Part shown: piece after piece, positions 12,110 to 24,775 of the stretch
Numbering within the stretch: the first letter of the stretch is position 1
Layout of the letters: each line of letters begins with the position of its first letter
Source: Octopus bimaculoides
Lineage: Eukaryota
Length of the DNA: 64,000 nt
Reading direction: 5' to 3'
Assembly: GCF_001194135.2 (NCBI RefSeq)
Contig: NC_068984.1
Coordinates: 114,709,488 to 114,773,487, forward strand
The notes under the pieces: model-generated
The model's database searches: none
Seen by the model: the letters and a program-made list of their open reading frames with translations, nothing else
Told to the model about the DNA's origin: nothing
Made by a program: the position numbers and the translations under genes

Positions 12110-12420
12110 TCAAATGTAGTGTTGGATCCAGTCCCACTGCATAGCAACTATAGTCCTCGGCTGACCAAAGTCTTGTGAGCAGATTTAGTAGATGGAAACT
12201 GAAAGAAGCTTGTGTGTGTGTTGGTTGTAAATGAACATCATCATACATGTGAGGTTATCCCTCTCCAGTTTTCAGTGAAAAACATAGTTATGGGGAAAGT
12301 ATTATCTTGGTTTTAAAAACTGATGGTTAGCAGCAGTAAGAGCATCAGACTGTACAAAATCCATCTTATCAAATTACGTTTGATTCATGCAAGCTTGGTA
12401 AAGTGGCCATTAAATGATGC
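12110..12420 (+). mobile_element. SINE with LINE-derived tail (degenerate)
   Basis: Same modules as the 10165 copy. Confidence 0.7.
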
Positions 12421-12805
12421 TGGAAGACCATAACTATGTGTTTTGAAGTATGTTAATTGTTAAGCTTTGTTTTTATTTTAATTTTAACTTCGACAATAAT
12501 AGCAGCAGTGATAAACTAGGTAGTGAGCTCTCTTCCCTCCCCTCCTCTCCTTTGCGACTTAACCCTCCTCATTATTATGAGATCCTTGTAGGCAATGTTG
12601 TGCATCTTATAAAAGACCCCTGTCCCTCTTTCCTTTCTCTCTTTGAATTGTTTCCTCAAGATCTTTTCATGTGTACACTAATTATAAATTTTAGTCTACA
12701 AGATTAAATCTCTTTGAAATAAATGAGCTAGTTTTAATGCAGTTGAAATACATTTTTAAAAATTGCGAGATGAAAGCTGTATTTTATTTTATTCATTTAT
12801 TTCAG

Positions 12806-12940
12806 GTTTTCAAACCACCAAACCCTTGGACAATGGCAGGTATGAATGTTTTGGCTGAATTGCATCAGGAACAAGAACTGAAATTAAACCTAAAGTTTGA
12901 GATTGAGGTTTTATGCAAGAATTTACAGTTAGATGTTTCA
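12806..12940 (+). CDS. CNOT1: CNOT1 exon (MIF4G)
   Basis: [45 protein letters not shown]. Confidence 0.97.
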
Positions 12941-13042
12941 GTAAGTTGCCTATTTTAAAGAATTGGTGGTTTATTATGCAGATATGAATTAAGTTACATA
13001 ACTGAATTTTTCCGTTTTTGTTCATTTCTCTTCTTTTTGTAG

Positions 13043-13315
13043 GAACTAAAAGCTACGAGTTACTTGAAAGATTTAAGTCGATTAAGTACCATTGAAAATC
13101 AGCTGTCTGCTCCAGTTAAACCACCTCCATCAGGAACTCCTCAGCAGGATGATATGTCTGTAGCTGTTGTAAGTGCTAGTACTCCAACTGTAATATCAAC
13201 ACCAACTACAACTATTGCTAATGCTATACCAATACCACAGCAACCTCAATTTAGGTACCAAGATATTACCAACCTAGCGTCTGGAATTAGTCACCAGATT
13301 GTTATCAATGAACAG
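13043..13315 (+). CDS. CNOT1: CNOT1 exon (linker)
   Basis: ELKATSYLKD...ENQLSAP...PQQPQFRYQDI...; AG/GT flanks; 91 codons. Confidence 0.93.
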
Positions 13316-13344
13316 GTAAGCTTAACTTTTTAATTAAATCTGTG

Positions 13345-13830
13345 GTTATGAAGTTTGCCATGCTGGAGCAGTGCCTTCAAGGAGTTGGAGTAGATTGACT
13401 CCCAATACTTGCTTTTTTTTTTTTTGTCTGGTGCTTGTTCCATCGGACTTTCTTGCCAAACATCTGGGTTGCAGGGATGTAAACAAACCAACACCAGTTG
13501 GTGGTGAGACATACGCACGCATACACATACTACTGAAGCCTTGTGGGTGAATTTGGTACATGGAAACTGAAAGAAGCCCATCGTACGCGTGTGTATGTTT
13601 GCTACTGTCTACTTGCCTTCACATTGCATGATTGGTTGTAAATGAATGTTGCTGTCATACAAGTGGTTCCTTCCTTCCCAATCTTCTGTGAAAACGTGTC
13701 TGGTCATGAGGAAATATTACGTCACTTGGAAATTGGTGGGGGGTTGGTGACTGGAAGGGTAGCCAGCCCTAGAAAATCTGCCTCAACCAGTTTCATTCTA
13801 CCCATGCAAGCATAGAAAAGAAAATGTAAT
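13345..13830. mobile_element. Composite SINE fragments
   Basis: Minus-strand fragment followed by a plus-strand LINE-tail SINE. Confidence 0.7.
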
Positions 13831-13955
13831 GATACTTTGTGAGAATATGCTAAGTGGAATTAGGAAGTAATTTCAATGTAAAATGGTAAGCCATTTTGGT
13901 TACATTTTCCAATAAGATATATGAATATCTTTCTTTTCTTTTCTTTTATTTTCAG

Positions 13956-14096
13956 ATTTTGTTGTTCCATAATCATCAGAGTCTAAAGCAGTGTGTCCGT
14001 CCTGCCATTGAAAGAGCTATTCATGAACTTCTTCCACCTGTTGTTGATAGGTCAATAAAAATTGCTCTTACAACATGTGAACAAATAACCAAAAAG
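13956..14096 (+). CDS. CNOT1: CNOT1 exon (CNOT9-binding/DUF3819)
   Basis: [38 protein letters not shown]. Confidence 0.97.
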
Positions 14097-14198
14097 GTAA
14101 ATTTTCTGTAATAATGATGCAAATACAAGGTGGGCCAAGTCATGCACAAATTAAGTTCAATACTACTACTACTACTACTGCCACATGTACACACACAT

Positions 14199-14242
<44 letters not shown>

Positions 14243-15215
14243 GTGCCATTTAAAAAGTATCTAATACACTCTGTAAAGTAGTTAGAAAGGGTATCCAGCC
14301 ATAGAAATCATGCCGAAGCTGACAGAGCTTAGCACAATCCTCTGTTATCAGCTTCTGTCAAACCATCCAACTCGTTCCAGCTTGGGAAAACAGATATTGA
14401 ATGATGTCAGGTTGCATTGTTCTAATGTTTACATGTGCACTATGTTTCTAGGGTGTTAGCTGTCATGTGATGGGCAACTTTTGAAGTATCAAGTATCACA
14501 GTATCACATGGCATCATCATTTAATGTCCATTCTCCATGTTGGCATAATTTGGACGTTTTGACGAGAGCTGCACCAGGTTGCAATCTGGTTTGGCTTTGG
14601 TTTCTACTGTTGGATGCCTTTCCTAATGCCAACCACTTACAGTCTATGCTGAGTGTTTTTTATGTGGCACCAGCATGGGGCTCTTGCAGGCCAATCCTCT
14701 TCAGCAGAGGGAGTAGCATTACCACTTTTTTCTGCTTGTATAGGATGATGAAAGGAATACAAATTTTCAAGAGAAAAATATTTATTACCTTAAATCTTTG
14801 GCATTTAACTGGCCATATCCTGGACAATCACATCATCGAAATATCTTAACTATGAAATAATGCATAATTAATTCAAAATAATGTGAATGCTAAATGATTA
14901 AAATAAGGGGAATAAAATTCTCATTTGTGTAACTGCTCTGTTATTTACTCTCTCTGTTCTCCTCTGTTCTAATGATACATTCTTTCACAGTCTGTGTGTT
15001 TGTATGTAGCATATCTTCATTGCCTGCCACCAAGCCTAGTATGTGCACTCATCCTGGCACCTCTCATGTTAAATGATTTCTCTAGACACGCTTCCAATGT
15101 ATACAAGAAAGAGTAGAGATACAATCAACCAACCAACATTTATATTGGCTTATTAGAGATATATGGTGTTATGTTACTATCAATCATGATGCTCCACTGT
15201 TGTGTGTGCGCGCGT

Positions 15216-15216
<1 letters not shown>

Positions 15217-15308
<92 letters not shown>
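15217..15308. repeat. (CA)n microsatellite, about 45 units
   Basis: Directly visible. Confidence 0.97.
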
Positions 15309-15310
<2 letters not shown>

Positions 15311-15314
15311 GGGT

Positions 15315-15720
15315 CCAGGCTTGGCTGTATAATTAAGAAGTTTGCCTCTCAGTCACATGGTTTCAGGTTTAGTTCTATTGTGTGGCACCTTGGGCAAGTG
15401 TTTTTTAATATAGCCCCATACCAACTAAAGCCTTGTGAGTAGATTTGGTAGATGAAAAATGAAAGAAGCCTGTCATATATGTATACATGTGTATGTGTGT
15501 TTGCATGCGTGCATGCATGTTTGTGTATCTTTGTTTTGACATTGTATGACAGTTTCGTCATTTCCGCTATTCTGTGAAAAAAACCTGTCTTGCCATGGGG
15601 AAATATTACCTTGCTTCGAAACGGGTAAGGGTTTGGTGATGGGAATGGCATTCATTCACAGAGTATCTTCCTCAAATACTCTCTGACCTATGCAAGCATG
15701 GGAAAATGGATCTTAAAACA
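15315..15720 (+). mobile_element. SINE with LINE-derived tail
   Basis: Same modules as the 10165 copy. Confidence 0.8.
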
Positions 15721-15792
15721 ACGGTTATATATGTTCTGAAGAAATTTAGTAGGGTGCAATTATTTATAGGATTTATGTGCTTTTATTTATAG

Positions 15793-15948
15793 GATTTTGC
15801 ATTGGATCCTGATGAAAACAGAATGCGTACTGCAGCTCAGAATATGATTTGTAGTATGACAGCAGGATTAACTCTCATCACTTGTCGAGAACCAGTTTTC
15901 ATGGCCCTCAATAACCATTTGAAACAAGCCTTCTTGAACGTCTTGCGT
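15793..15948 (+). CDS. CNOT1: CNOT1 exon (DUF3819)
   Basis: DFALDPDENRMRTAAQNMICSMTAGLTLITCREP... Confidence 0.96.
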
Positions 15949-17743
15949 GTAAGTAATTAATTAGGAATTTAACACAACCACTTTCCAACTTTACTTGAAG
16001 ATCACTTGTAAATTTGCAAAACTTCAAATGCTTCCTTATCAAATACAATCATATTTTTGAAGTGGTCTCCTTACTATATGTGTTATTGTCTAAAGGGAGG
16101 TATTCTCTGTTGATGGAAAGCAACAGCGATTAGATATTCATGTTTGTATCTGCTAGAATGTATTAAGTATGAATAGATATGGTGGTGTTCAGATTCTCGT
16201 TGTTCTTGCACCTCATGAATTATCTTTTTATGTCTTCATTCATTTTGGAAATTAAGAATTTGCAAAGATTTAGTGAAACAACTTTTTTTAAGAAAATTTG
16301 TATATTAAACTGGTATTTGGAATATTATATAAGATATTCATATAAATTATGGGAAGTTTTAATTTAGATATGAACAGTTTAATATGACGGATGTATTATA
16401 AAATCAAAGACGGATGTATTATAAAATCAAAGGCAGTCCTATGCTGTTTATTAAGAGTTAAGATAAACACTGTCATGTCACAAGACATTGTGATTTAGTT
16501 TACTATAAATATACAATGACTTTTAGTATATGGAAATTATATGCAGCATACACTGTTATCTCATGCTGTTATGTAGTATGGGATAAAATCTCTAGGTGTA
16601 TTCTGTAACCCAGTATAGCATTAAAACAAATGACTTATCACTCCAGTAATTAAGTGAACTAGCTACCAATATGTTCTATATGTAAATTGGTCTATCCAAT
16701 TTATTTAAGCCCTTGGTAATATATTTACCGGTAATCTTTTCATGTACAGTTAAGAGGGTAATGGAGCACTGATGAAACCTTTGCACAGAATTAAGTGTAA
16801 ACTGCTCTTTTTTGTCCCTGAAAATATATAAAGACAATATGTTTACAACTGTCCATTTACATATGGTACTGGCTAAAATCTAGAAATATGTTTTGTATTA
16901 GTTATAAGAATACAAGAATCTTTATTGGAAAGTATATACAAAATTCTTTTCTATTTTTATCATATTCATGTTTTTCCTCATATGCTGAAATGTTTCTTGT
17001 ACTTTCTTGGGCTTCTGTTGGCTCTTTGAAACTACTACCCTGAGCTACTACAATATATCCTGGCATTCAGATTTTGGTGGATATGTGGGTTTCTAACGAT
17101 GCTATGGCAAAAATACTTGGAAAGCTCAGTTGTAAAATGCGTAGCTTAAACCTTTTATTACCATGTCTGTTGAAATACACTACCTTTGTTTCAATTAATT
17201 TTGAAAATAATGAATTTAGTAAAGTAACTTTGTTAATTAATGTTTGGAACATAAATTGATAGAAAATTTTGATGAAAGGCTTTCATTGAGATAATATTAA
17301 ACAGAAAGTTTATATTGTTGAACCTCAGGAGGGTTGGCATCAAATAATCCGTTAATGAATTCTTTAGGTTACAAATGTAGAAGTTGAAGAAAAATCTTAT
17401 CTTGCAAATGATAGTTTGATGTAAATATCATTTGAGGCTAATCCAGTATTCATTAATGTTAGAATTCAAATATTTAACTTCCCTTAGCTACTGAAAGCTT
17501 CCATATTGAATTTTGAAACTTCAGAATTAAATATAGGTGTTTTGAATAAAGTTAGATTAAAAGATGTTTTTGATGAATCATATAACCAAGGTATTTAATA
17601 ATTGTTTTATTAAATCCACTCAGTTATTTGCGTAACTTTTAAATTATTTTATATGTGTAAAAGGTTTTATAGCAGCTTTTTCAATGATTTACTTAGATTT
17701 ATAACTGATATATTTTTTAGTATACTGTCTTCTCTTTTCATAG

Positions 17744-17884
17744 AATGCTAGTATAACTCAAAAAGAACTTGTTGACCAAGCAGTAACTCAGTTGGCTCAG
17801 GACAATACAGAACTTGCATCAGCTATTATACAGAAAAGTGCAGTTGAAAAAGCTCTTCCAGAAATGGACCGACGTCTTTCTACT
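17744..17884 (+). CDS. CNOT1: CNOT1 exon (DUF3819)
   Basis: [32 protein letters not shown]. Confidence 0.96.
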
Positions 17885-18034
17885 GTGAGTATAATAAACT
17901 GGAATTAAAAATGTGAATGAATAGAAGTATTTCTAATAAATTTTGTGTAGTCATATCATGTTTAATGTTGAATTACCTGTGTACAAACTTGCGGCTACTG
18001 GTGCAGTCTTGCCTGCATCTGCATCTGGTGTCAG

Positions 18035-18350
18035 CACAGGTGTGACTGTGTGGTTAAGAAGCTTGCTTCCCAATAATGTGGTTTTGGATTTGATCCCATT
18101 TTGCAATCAAAGCTTTGCAGGTAGATTTGATAGATGGAAACTGGAAAAGGTCTTGTGTATGTGCATGTGTGTGCTCTCGACTTGCTGCCCATTTCCAATA
18201 TTCCATGAAAATAGTTTTGTCCAAGGGGAAATATTACATTGCTTGGGAAAGGGTGAGGGTTGGTGACAGGAAGGGGACCTGGCCACAGAAAATTTGCCTC
18301 AATGAATTGTCTGACCTATGCAAGCATGAAAATGGTGAACATTCAAACAT
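18035..18350 (+). mobile_element. SINE with LINE-derived tail
   Basis: gtgactgtgtggttaagaagcttgcttccc head; ggaaacaggtgagggttggtgacaggaaggg-type tail. Confidence 0.8.
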
Positions 18351-18567
18351 AAACACTTCGCTAGATTGTTTGAAAATGAGAAAATTTAAAGGCAAAAGTC
18401 TGATTCAGCTCAAACTAATATTGCTAGTATGTAAATTCATTCTTGCATTTATCTGATTTTTAGATTGGCAGATATTTTATGTTGAAAAAAATTTTTTCTT
18501 TTTTAGTTTTTATTATATTTCTCTTCAATTTAGTTCATTTATTGAAAGGCTACTTCTTAAATTTTAG

Positions 18568-18672
18568 GAATTTGAACTCCGACGCCATGCACGTGGTGAA
18601 GGTCGTCGTTATTGTGATCCAGTAGTCCTTACTTACCAAGCTGAAAGGATGCCTGAGCAAATACGATTACGT
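18568..18672 (+). CDS. CNOT1: CNOT1 exon
   Basis: [35 protein letters not shown]. Confidence 0.97.
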
Positions 18673-18782
18673 GTAAGTAATAGTGTGTTTCTGCTTATGT
18701 GATTTCTGTTCTTGTTATTTTACATAGAAGGCCTTCTTGTTGCAAACTGTTTATATAATTTGAAATCTATTTTCCACAAAAG

Positions 18783-18905
18783 GTTGGTGGTGTCACTCCA
18801 GTACAAGTAGCAGTCTATGATGAATTTGCACGCAACATACCTGGCTTCTTACCAATAAATGAAACCAGAGTACCATCTGGCATAATAACAAAGGCACTTC
18901 CCCCT
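18783..18905 (+). CDS. CNOT1: CNOT1 exon
   Basis: VGGVTPVQVAVYDEFARNIPGFLP... Confidence 0.96.
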
Positions 18906-19396
18906 GTAAGAATATTTTAATTTTAGTTCAAGCTTTTTTCTTATAATACAGTTCTATATTTAAGAGATGAGAAATTATATACATTATTTACATTTGACGG
19001 ATATCCGTCAAATGTAAATAATGTGCTTTTTTCTAATACCTTACATTATGCAAATTTTGGGTTGCTTTTTTTATTTTCTCTTATGTTAATATTTATAATT
19101 TTCGTTTCTTTTATACATTAAATATTTGACTAAAATTCTTCATAGTGGTGCCCCTGCATGGTCACACTATAATGACTGAAACAAGAGAAAGATGAGATAT
19201 ATATAATAGTAGATAAAGCAATAAGATAGTGAAGTAGGTAAAGCCATAGATAATATCCTGTAGAATATTGGCTTTCCTCAGTCAAATCATCCAACCCATG
19301 CTAGCATGGAAAACGGACGTTAAACAATGATGATGATGATTTTATGAAAATATGTTGAAGATTGGGGTTTTTTAAGCCAATATTTTACAGGCTATT

Positions 19397-19784
19397 GTTT
19401 GTTGTTGACACTCCATCGCTTGCGACGTCGAGGGTTCAAGTTGATCCGATCAACGGAACAGCCTGCTCGTGAAATTAACGTGCAAGTGACTGAGCACTCC
19501 ACAGACACGTGTACCCTTAACGTAGTTCTCGGGGATATTCAGCGTGACACAGTGTGACAAGGCTGACCCTTTGAATTACAGGCACAACAGAAACAGGAAG
19601 TAAGAGTGAGAGAAAGTTGTGGTGAAAGAGTAGAGCAGGGTTCGCCACCGTCCCCTGCCGGAGCCTCGTGGAGCTTTAGGTGTTTTTGCTCAATAAACAC
19701 TCACAACGCCCGGTCTGGGAATCGAAACCATGATCCTATGACAGCGAGTCCGCTACCCTAACCACTGGGCCATTGCGCCTCCAC
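19397..19784 (-). mobile_element. Full-length tRNA-derived SINE with 10-bp TSD
   Basis: TSD ACAGGCTATT at 19387-19396 and 19785-19794; A/B-box head; reverse complement closely matches 38820-39174. Confidence 0.9.
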
Positions 19785-20024
19785 ACAGGCTATTATAGTT
19801 TTATCTACATCCAGTTTCGCCATGAAAGAAACAAAGAAAATTATCCTCTTAGTTTATAGATTCTTATAATGTCAATAAATGTCTTAGAATTTTCGCTGGT
19901 AAGAACAAAATTTCTAAAATAGATGAATGTTGCTGTCATACAAGTAGTTCCTTCATTTCCAATCTTCTGTGAAGCTTCATCTACCTTGAGTTCTACCGAA
20001 AACATAATCTATTTCAATTCTCTT

Positions 20025-20450
20025 CATCAACCTTAATATCTGTTTTTCATGCTGGCATGGGTTGGACAGTTTGAACCAGAGCTCAGCAGGTTCGTTTGAT
20101 TTGGCATGGTTTCTATGTCTGGATGCCCGCCCTTTCTAACAGCAACCACTTTACAGTGTGTGCTGGGTGCTTTTAACATGGCGCGGCACTGGCACAGGAC
20201 TCTTGCAGGCCAATCCTCTTCGCCAGCGGGAGCAGCCTTGATGCTTTTATGTAGGATGGGTCTTCTTGAGTATAATAAAGCATCAGGTAGAATTTTTATA
20301 ATGGAGTGGTTAGTAATTGGAAGGTCATCCAGCTATAGAAACAATGCCAAATCAGATTGGAACCTGGTGCACTCTCCAGCTTACCAGTTTCATTCAAACT
20401 GTTTAGCCCATGCCAGCATGGAAAGCAGACACTAAATGATGGTTATGATG
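20025..20450. repeat. Fold-back of two inverted LINE-tail copies
   Basis: The 20047-20155 arm is the reverse complement of the 20305-20430 arm. Confidence 0.8.
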
Positions 20451-20689
20451 TAAGCATATACACACACACACACATACACACATAATTTACGTTTAGGCTG
20501 CTTGACAATAGCTTAGCTGGCCAAAACTTTAAAGTCACTGTCAACAACATCCTTGTATAAGAATGATAAATTTGTACTCTACAAAAATATTGAGTAACCT
20601 ATCAGCTTAATGTTAAATGTTATTTATTATAACTGAACATAAAAACAATTATTAATATAATTTATACATTTGTTTTGTTTTCATTATAG

Positions 20690-20875
20690 AGCTATCCAGA
20701 TGGTATGAGCCAAGTATTTGACAAAGTCATTCGTGACATTGAGCAGAATTGCCAGCAACTGTTAAACAGTGTGACCTCTACCCACCTAGGTTTACAGTTG
20801 CAAGGAGTCATTGATGCTATTCTTGTTGCCAGAACTAATAGAGATGTACCATCATCATCTGCTCTCGTCCAAAAG
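20690..20875 (+). CDS. CNOT1: CNOT1 exon
   Basis: SYPDGMSQVFDKVIRDIEQ...VARTNRDVPSSSALVQK (human DVAQIYDKCITELEQ...SRNSRDAIAALGLLQK). Confidence 0.92.
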
Positions 20876-20991
20876 GTGATGAAATTTTTTTTTCTTCTTT
20901 TTTTACTTTTACAAAATGTACTTTTTTGCTTTTTATCTTGAGCAATTCTGTAAATATAAGCCTATAATAACTTTTTGTTTGATTGTTTTAG

Positions 20992-21137
20992 GTTGTCGAG
21001 GCACTTGTTGAACATTACAGCAGCAGCATGGCCGATCAAGACATGATGAGATTCTGTGAATGTTGCTTGCATGTCCTCAAAGGACTTAGTGACATCAGAG
21101 TTTTTGGTCCCCAATGGACAATGAAACAAGTTACTAG
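20992..21137 (+). CDS. CNOT1: CNOT1 exon
   Basis: VVEALVE...RFCECCLHVLKGLSDIRVFGPQWTMKQVTR. Confidence 0.92.
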
Positions 21138-22212
21138 GTTTAGTATTTTCTTTAAATTATCTTTGTAACTTTTATTTTATTTTTTCCATAATCATCATCA
21201 TCGTCATCATTTAGCCTCTGTTGTCTGTGCTGGCATGGGTTGGACAGTTTGACCAGAGCTGAGGGGCTGCACCAGACTCAAGTCTGATTTGGCATGGTTT
21301 CTATGACTAGATGCCCTTCCTAATGCCAACCACTCTGAGAATGTCATGGGTGCCTTTATGTGCCACTGGCGCAGGTGCCAGTTGTATGACAGCAGTGTCT
21401 GTCACGACTACGATTTCACTTCTCTTGATGGGTCTTCTTCTCAAGCACAGCAATGATTGTTAGACATTTGTTGGTTTTGAATTAATCATACATTATCGTG
21501 TAGCTTTGAGATTTCGATGATGAAATTGTTTATCTTATGACATTGTAGGATAGGTGTGGTAGGCAGAATCTGGATGGTTTGAGCATAAAAACTGGTAGAA
21601 TATTTGGGTTGCATATGGCTGGTTTAAATGAAATTGTGTTTAATGCTTACTCTGACACCACAATCTTTTATTCCTTTTTCCAGCTCCACATGTATTACTC
21701 TCACTCACACTTATATCATGCAAGGTAGTTGTTTATTTCCTCTACAGCAAGAAACTCATTCCTGTTCGTTTTCATACCTTACTGTCAAGCCCAAGTATAA
21801 AGCCACTTCCCTCTCTTTTATAGTCCCTCTTAGTCGAGAGGGTGGGGTGGGGTCTTAGTCTTGTGAGTTATGTAGTAATCTTACTGGTGCTGGCACCAGG
21901 AAACAATAGACACCCCTTACACTCCGTAAGTGGTTGGTGTTAGGAATGGTGACCAGATGTAGAAGTCAGGCCATAGCAGATATTAGAGTACAACACTATC
22001 CTTTATCTTGTTTGATCCTGTTGAAATATCCAGCCCATACTTGCATGGAAGATGGATGTTGAATGATGATGATATGCCATTAGCCATTTAATTTTTTTTT
22101 TTTAAATGCAAAAATATGAGGTCAGTCGGAGGTTTATTTATATATCACCTTTTAAGGTCCAACTTAGGATCTAAAGAGTCCAAGGACTGAATCCTGTTCC
22201 AATTTACACACA

Positions 22213-22253
<41 letters not shown>

Positions 22254-22476
22254 GATTGAAATTCTCCTTACTTTCTACTGTCTATAAATCATATGGTAGC
22301 AAAAATGAGATTATTAGACCTGACATTTTCACTCTTTGAACATTTTCATTTGTTTAGAAACAGCTATTTTATAATTTTTTTTTGTTTAAACACACATTTA
22401 AAATTGTCATAAAGTGTATGCTAGTTTACTTTCTTATTCTATAATTTACACCGCACTTTTTCTTTTAAAATTTCAG

Positions 22477-22585
22477 ATCTGTTTTTGACTGCAGGGAAGA
22501 AATAAAATATAATTTAGATGCCTTTGAGCAGCTGCTGAAAAACCATTTCCTCAATATTCAGCAGTTTGATATGTACCTTGCCCAA
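22477..22585 (+). CDS. CNOT1: CNOT1 exon
   Basis: SVFDCREEIKYNLDAFEQLLKNHFLNIQQFDMYLAQ. Confidence 0.94.
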
Positions 22586-22945
22586 GTATGTCATTGTATG
22601 TTTTTATTTTAGTAGTTTGTAGTCACTCATCTGGTGTCTACTTATATGAAATACTTGTTTAAGATTTAGGTCCTTGAAAATAATCCCTTGTTCTTTAAGT
22701 TGGGAAAATAAAATGACTTACTATGAAGTAGCTGTAGATTGTTCTAGCATTTTGTAACTTGAGCCAAGGCTTCATTTTTCTCAAGAATAAGTAATTAGAA
22801 TTCATTTGTTAAATTCTATTTGAATTCAGTGTTCTCATACCGAACTAGTATCTTCGGAAAAAAAGTAAATACAAATACATTACACTGAAAATCTTTAAAT
22901 GGTATTTGAGTAATAAGTTTTTTTTTTCTTTTCTCCCCAAACCAG

Positions 22946-23044
22946 CAAATTGATAATGGAATAAATTACATTGTAATGGTCTTTGCTATTGCCTTGGTAC
23001 AAAAATTTGTCATTGATGATAAAGCAAGTGGTCTTGTCACTGAG
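22946..23044 (+). CDS. CNOT1: CNOT1 exon
   Basis: QIDNGINYIVMVFAIALVQKFVIDDKASGLVTE (human SMENGLNYMAVAFAMQLVK...VTE). Confidence 0.93.
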
Positions 23045-23124
23045 GTAAGTTTGTACTAATTTCACCAAAGAATTGATATATCCCCCACCCATCCCCCAAA
23101 CAAAAGAAAAAAAAACTTGGGTAC

Positions 23125-23510
23125 AGGTGGGCTGTATGGTTTGAGAAGTTTGCTTCCCAACCACCTGGATTTGGGATTCAGTCCTACTGTGCGGCGCCTT
23201 GGGCAAGTCTCTTCTGCCATGATCCTGAGCTGATCCAAACCTTTTAAGTGGATTTGGTTGACAGAAATTGAAGAAGCTCATATATGTGTGTTTGTTCCCT
23301 TGTCTTGAGATTACATGATAATCATAAATGAATGTCACTGTCCCACAGGTAATGCCAGTCATTTGCAATAGTCTGTGGAAAAAAGTCTAGCCAAAAGTAA
23401 ATAATTACCTTGGTTGGAAACAGGTGAAGGTTGGTGACAGGATGGGCATCCAGCTGATGAAACTCTGCCTCAGACTGTCCAACCCATGCCAGCATAGAAA
23501 AGTGGACGTC
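23125..23510 (+). mobile_element. SINE with LINE-derived tail
   Basis: Same modules; ends catagaaaagtggacgtcaaa. Confidence 0.8.
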
Positions 23511-23671
23511 AAAGTGTAAATTTTCCTTTTCCATTTTTAGATTAATTTTTTTTCTTTCATAAGCAGTAAAGCTAGTTTTAGTATACAAGCTTAAACCTTT
23601 TTTAATTATAATTTATTTCTAAAATACATTATCTTTCTTAGCTGTTAGTCTTACAAAAATCTCTTTTACAG

Positions 23672-23739
23672 GCTGACCTTCATAACACTATTGAAGTGTT
23701 ATTGAGGATACATTCTCGTTCGAGACCTTCTCCTGATGG
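23672..23739 (+). CDS. CNOT1: CNOT1 exon
   Basis: ADLHNTIEVLLRIHSRSRPSPDG (human ADLFHTIETLMRI...PEG). Confidence 0.93.
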
Positions 23740-23959
23740 GTTAGTGATTTATTATTATTTTCTCTCTCTCTCTCTCAAAACCTAAATTTTCCTCTTTTTT
23801 TCTTTTTTTTCTTTAACTTTTGCAATTTATGCACATGTGGCCATATGGTTAGTAGCTTGCTTCCCAAAAGCCTTGTGAGTGGATTTAGTAGACAGAACTG
23901 AAAGAAGCTTGTGTGCACTTATTGCTTACCAAATAAAGTTGTAAATGCTACTTGCTCTT

Positions 23960-24775
23960 TCTATACAGACTGTAGAAGTTGCATATACACCCTCTGACAG
24001 ACATTAACACATTCACAGTCAACACTGGAGTTTTCCAAGAGGACACCTTAGCTTCTTTCTTTTTCATTATAGTCTTGGTTTGTGTAGTATGGTATGCAAT
24101 TGTATCTGAACTCGGCATAACTTTCCCTGCTAAGGTGGATGTCATTTACTATCGCACCTCACTGACTTTGTAGATGATACTGCACTTGTCTCGTATGCAA
24201 TCACAAATGCTCGAACTTTCCTCACGAACCTGGAATCTGTTGTTATTGAAGTCCATCTCTCAATAAACTGCTCAAAAACTAAGACCATAATTGTTAGTGG
24301 AAATGCTGGTAGGGTAATCTTAAACTTTCATTAGGGCCCATTAAGTCAGTTTCTGGTTTCTGCTATCTGAGTTCTCTTATTTTCTCTACCAGCACAAGAT
24401 GGTCTGCATCTGACATGCTGTGAAAAAATTTAAAACACATCAGAGCTGTCATCAGACCTAAAACTACGCTTGTTTCATGCTACACAGTAGAATCTGTTCT
24501 GCTCTATTGTTCTGAATGCTGATCTCTTGTGTGGCCTAACAGCCATTCCTGGACAGTATATACACTTGCCTTCTATGCAAGGCTTTTAACATGTCTTATG
24601 CTGTTAATGTATCAAACAAGTTACTATACGGATTTTTACCATCTGTCAGCCAGACTCGATCAAAGACTTCTAAAATTTGTAGGCTATTATTTTTGTTGAA
24701 CAAATCAACCTGTCACTGCACTTTTTTCTGTCTATAACTCCATGGGGCATTCTAATCTGCTGGTCAGGTCTGCAT
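23960..24775 (+). mobile_element. Old, degenerate LINE RT fragment (different family)
   Basis: TGVFQEDTLASFFFIIV (GVxQGDxLAP-like), DFVDDT (FADD-like), INCSKTK, VESVLLY. Confidence 0.8.

Noticed and set aside
16769-16780. CTGATGA as a hammerhead ribozyme core or C box
   Set aside because: No stem II before GAAA; no purine before TGATGA and no suitably spaced D box with a terminal stem
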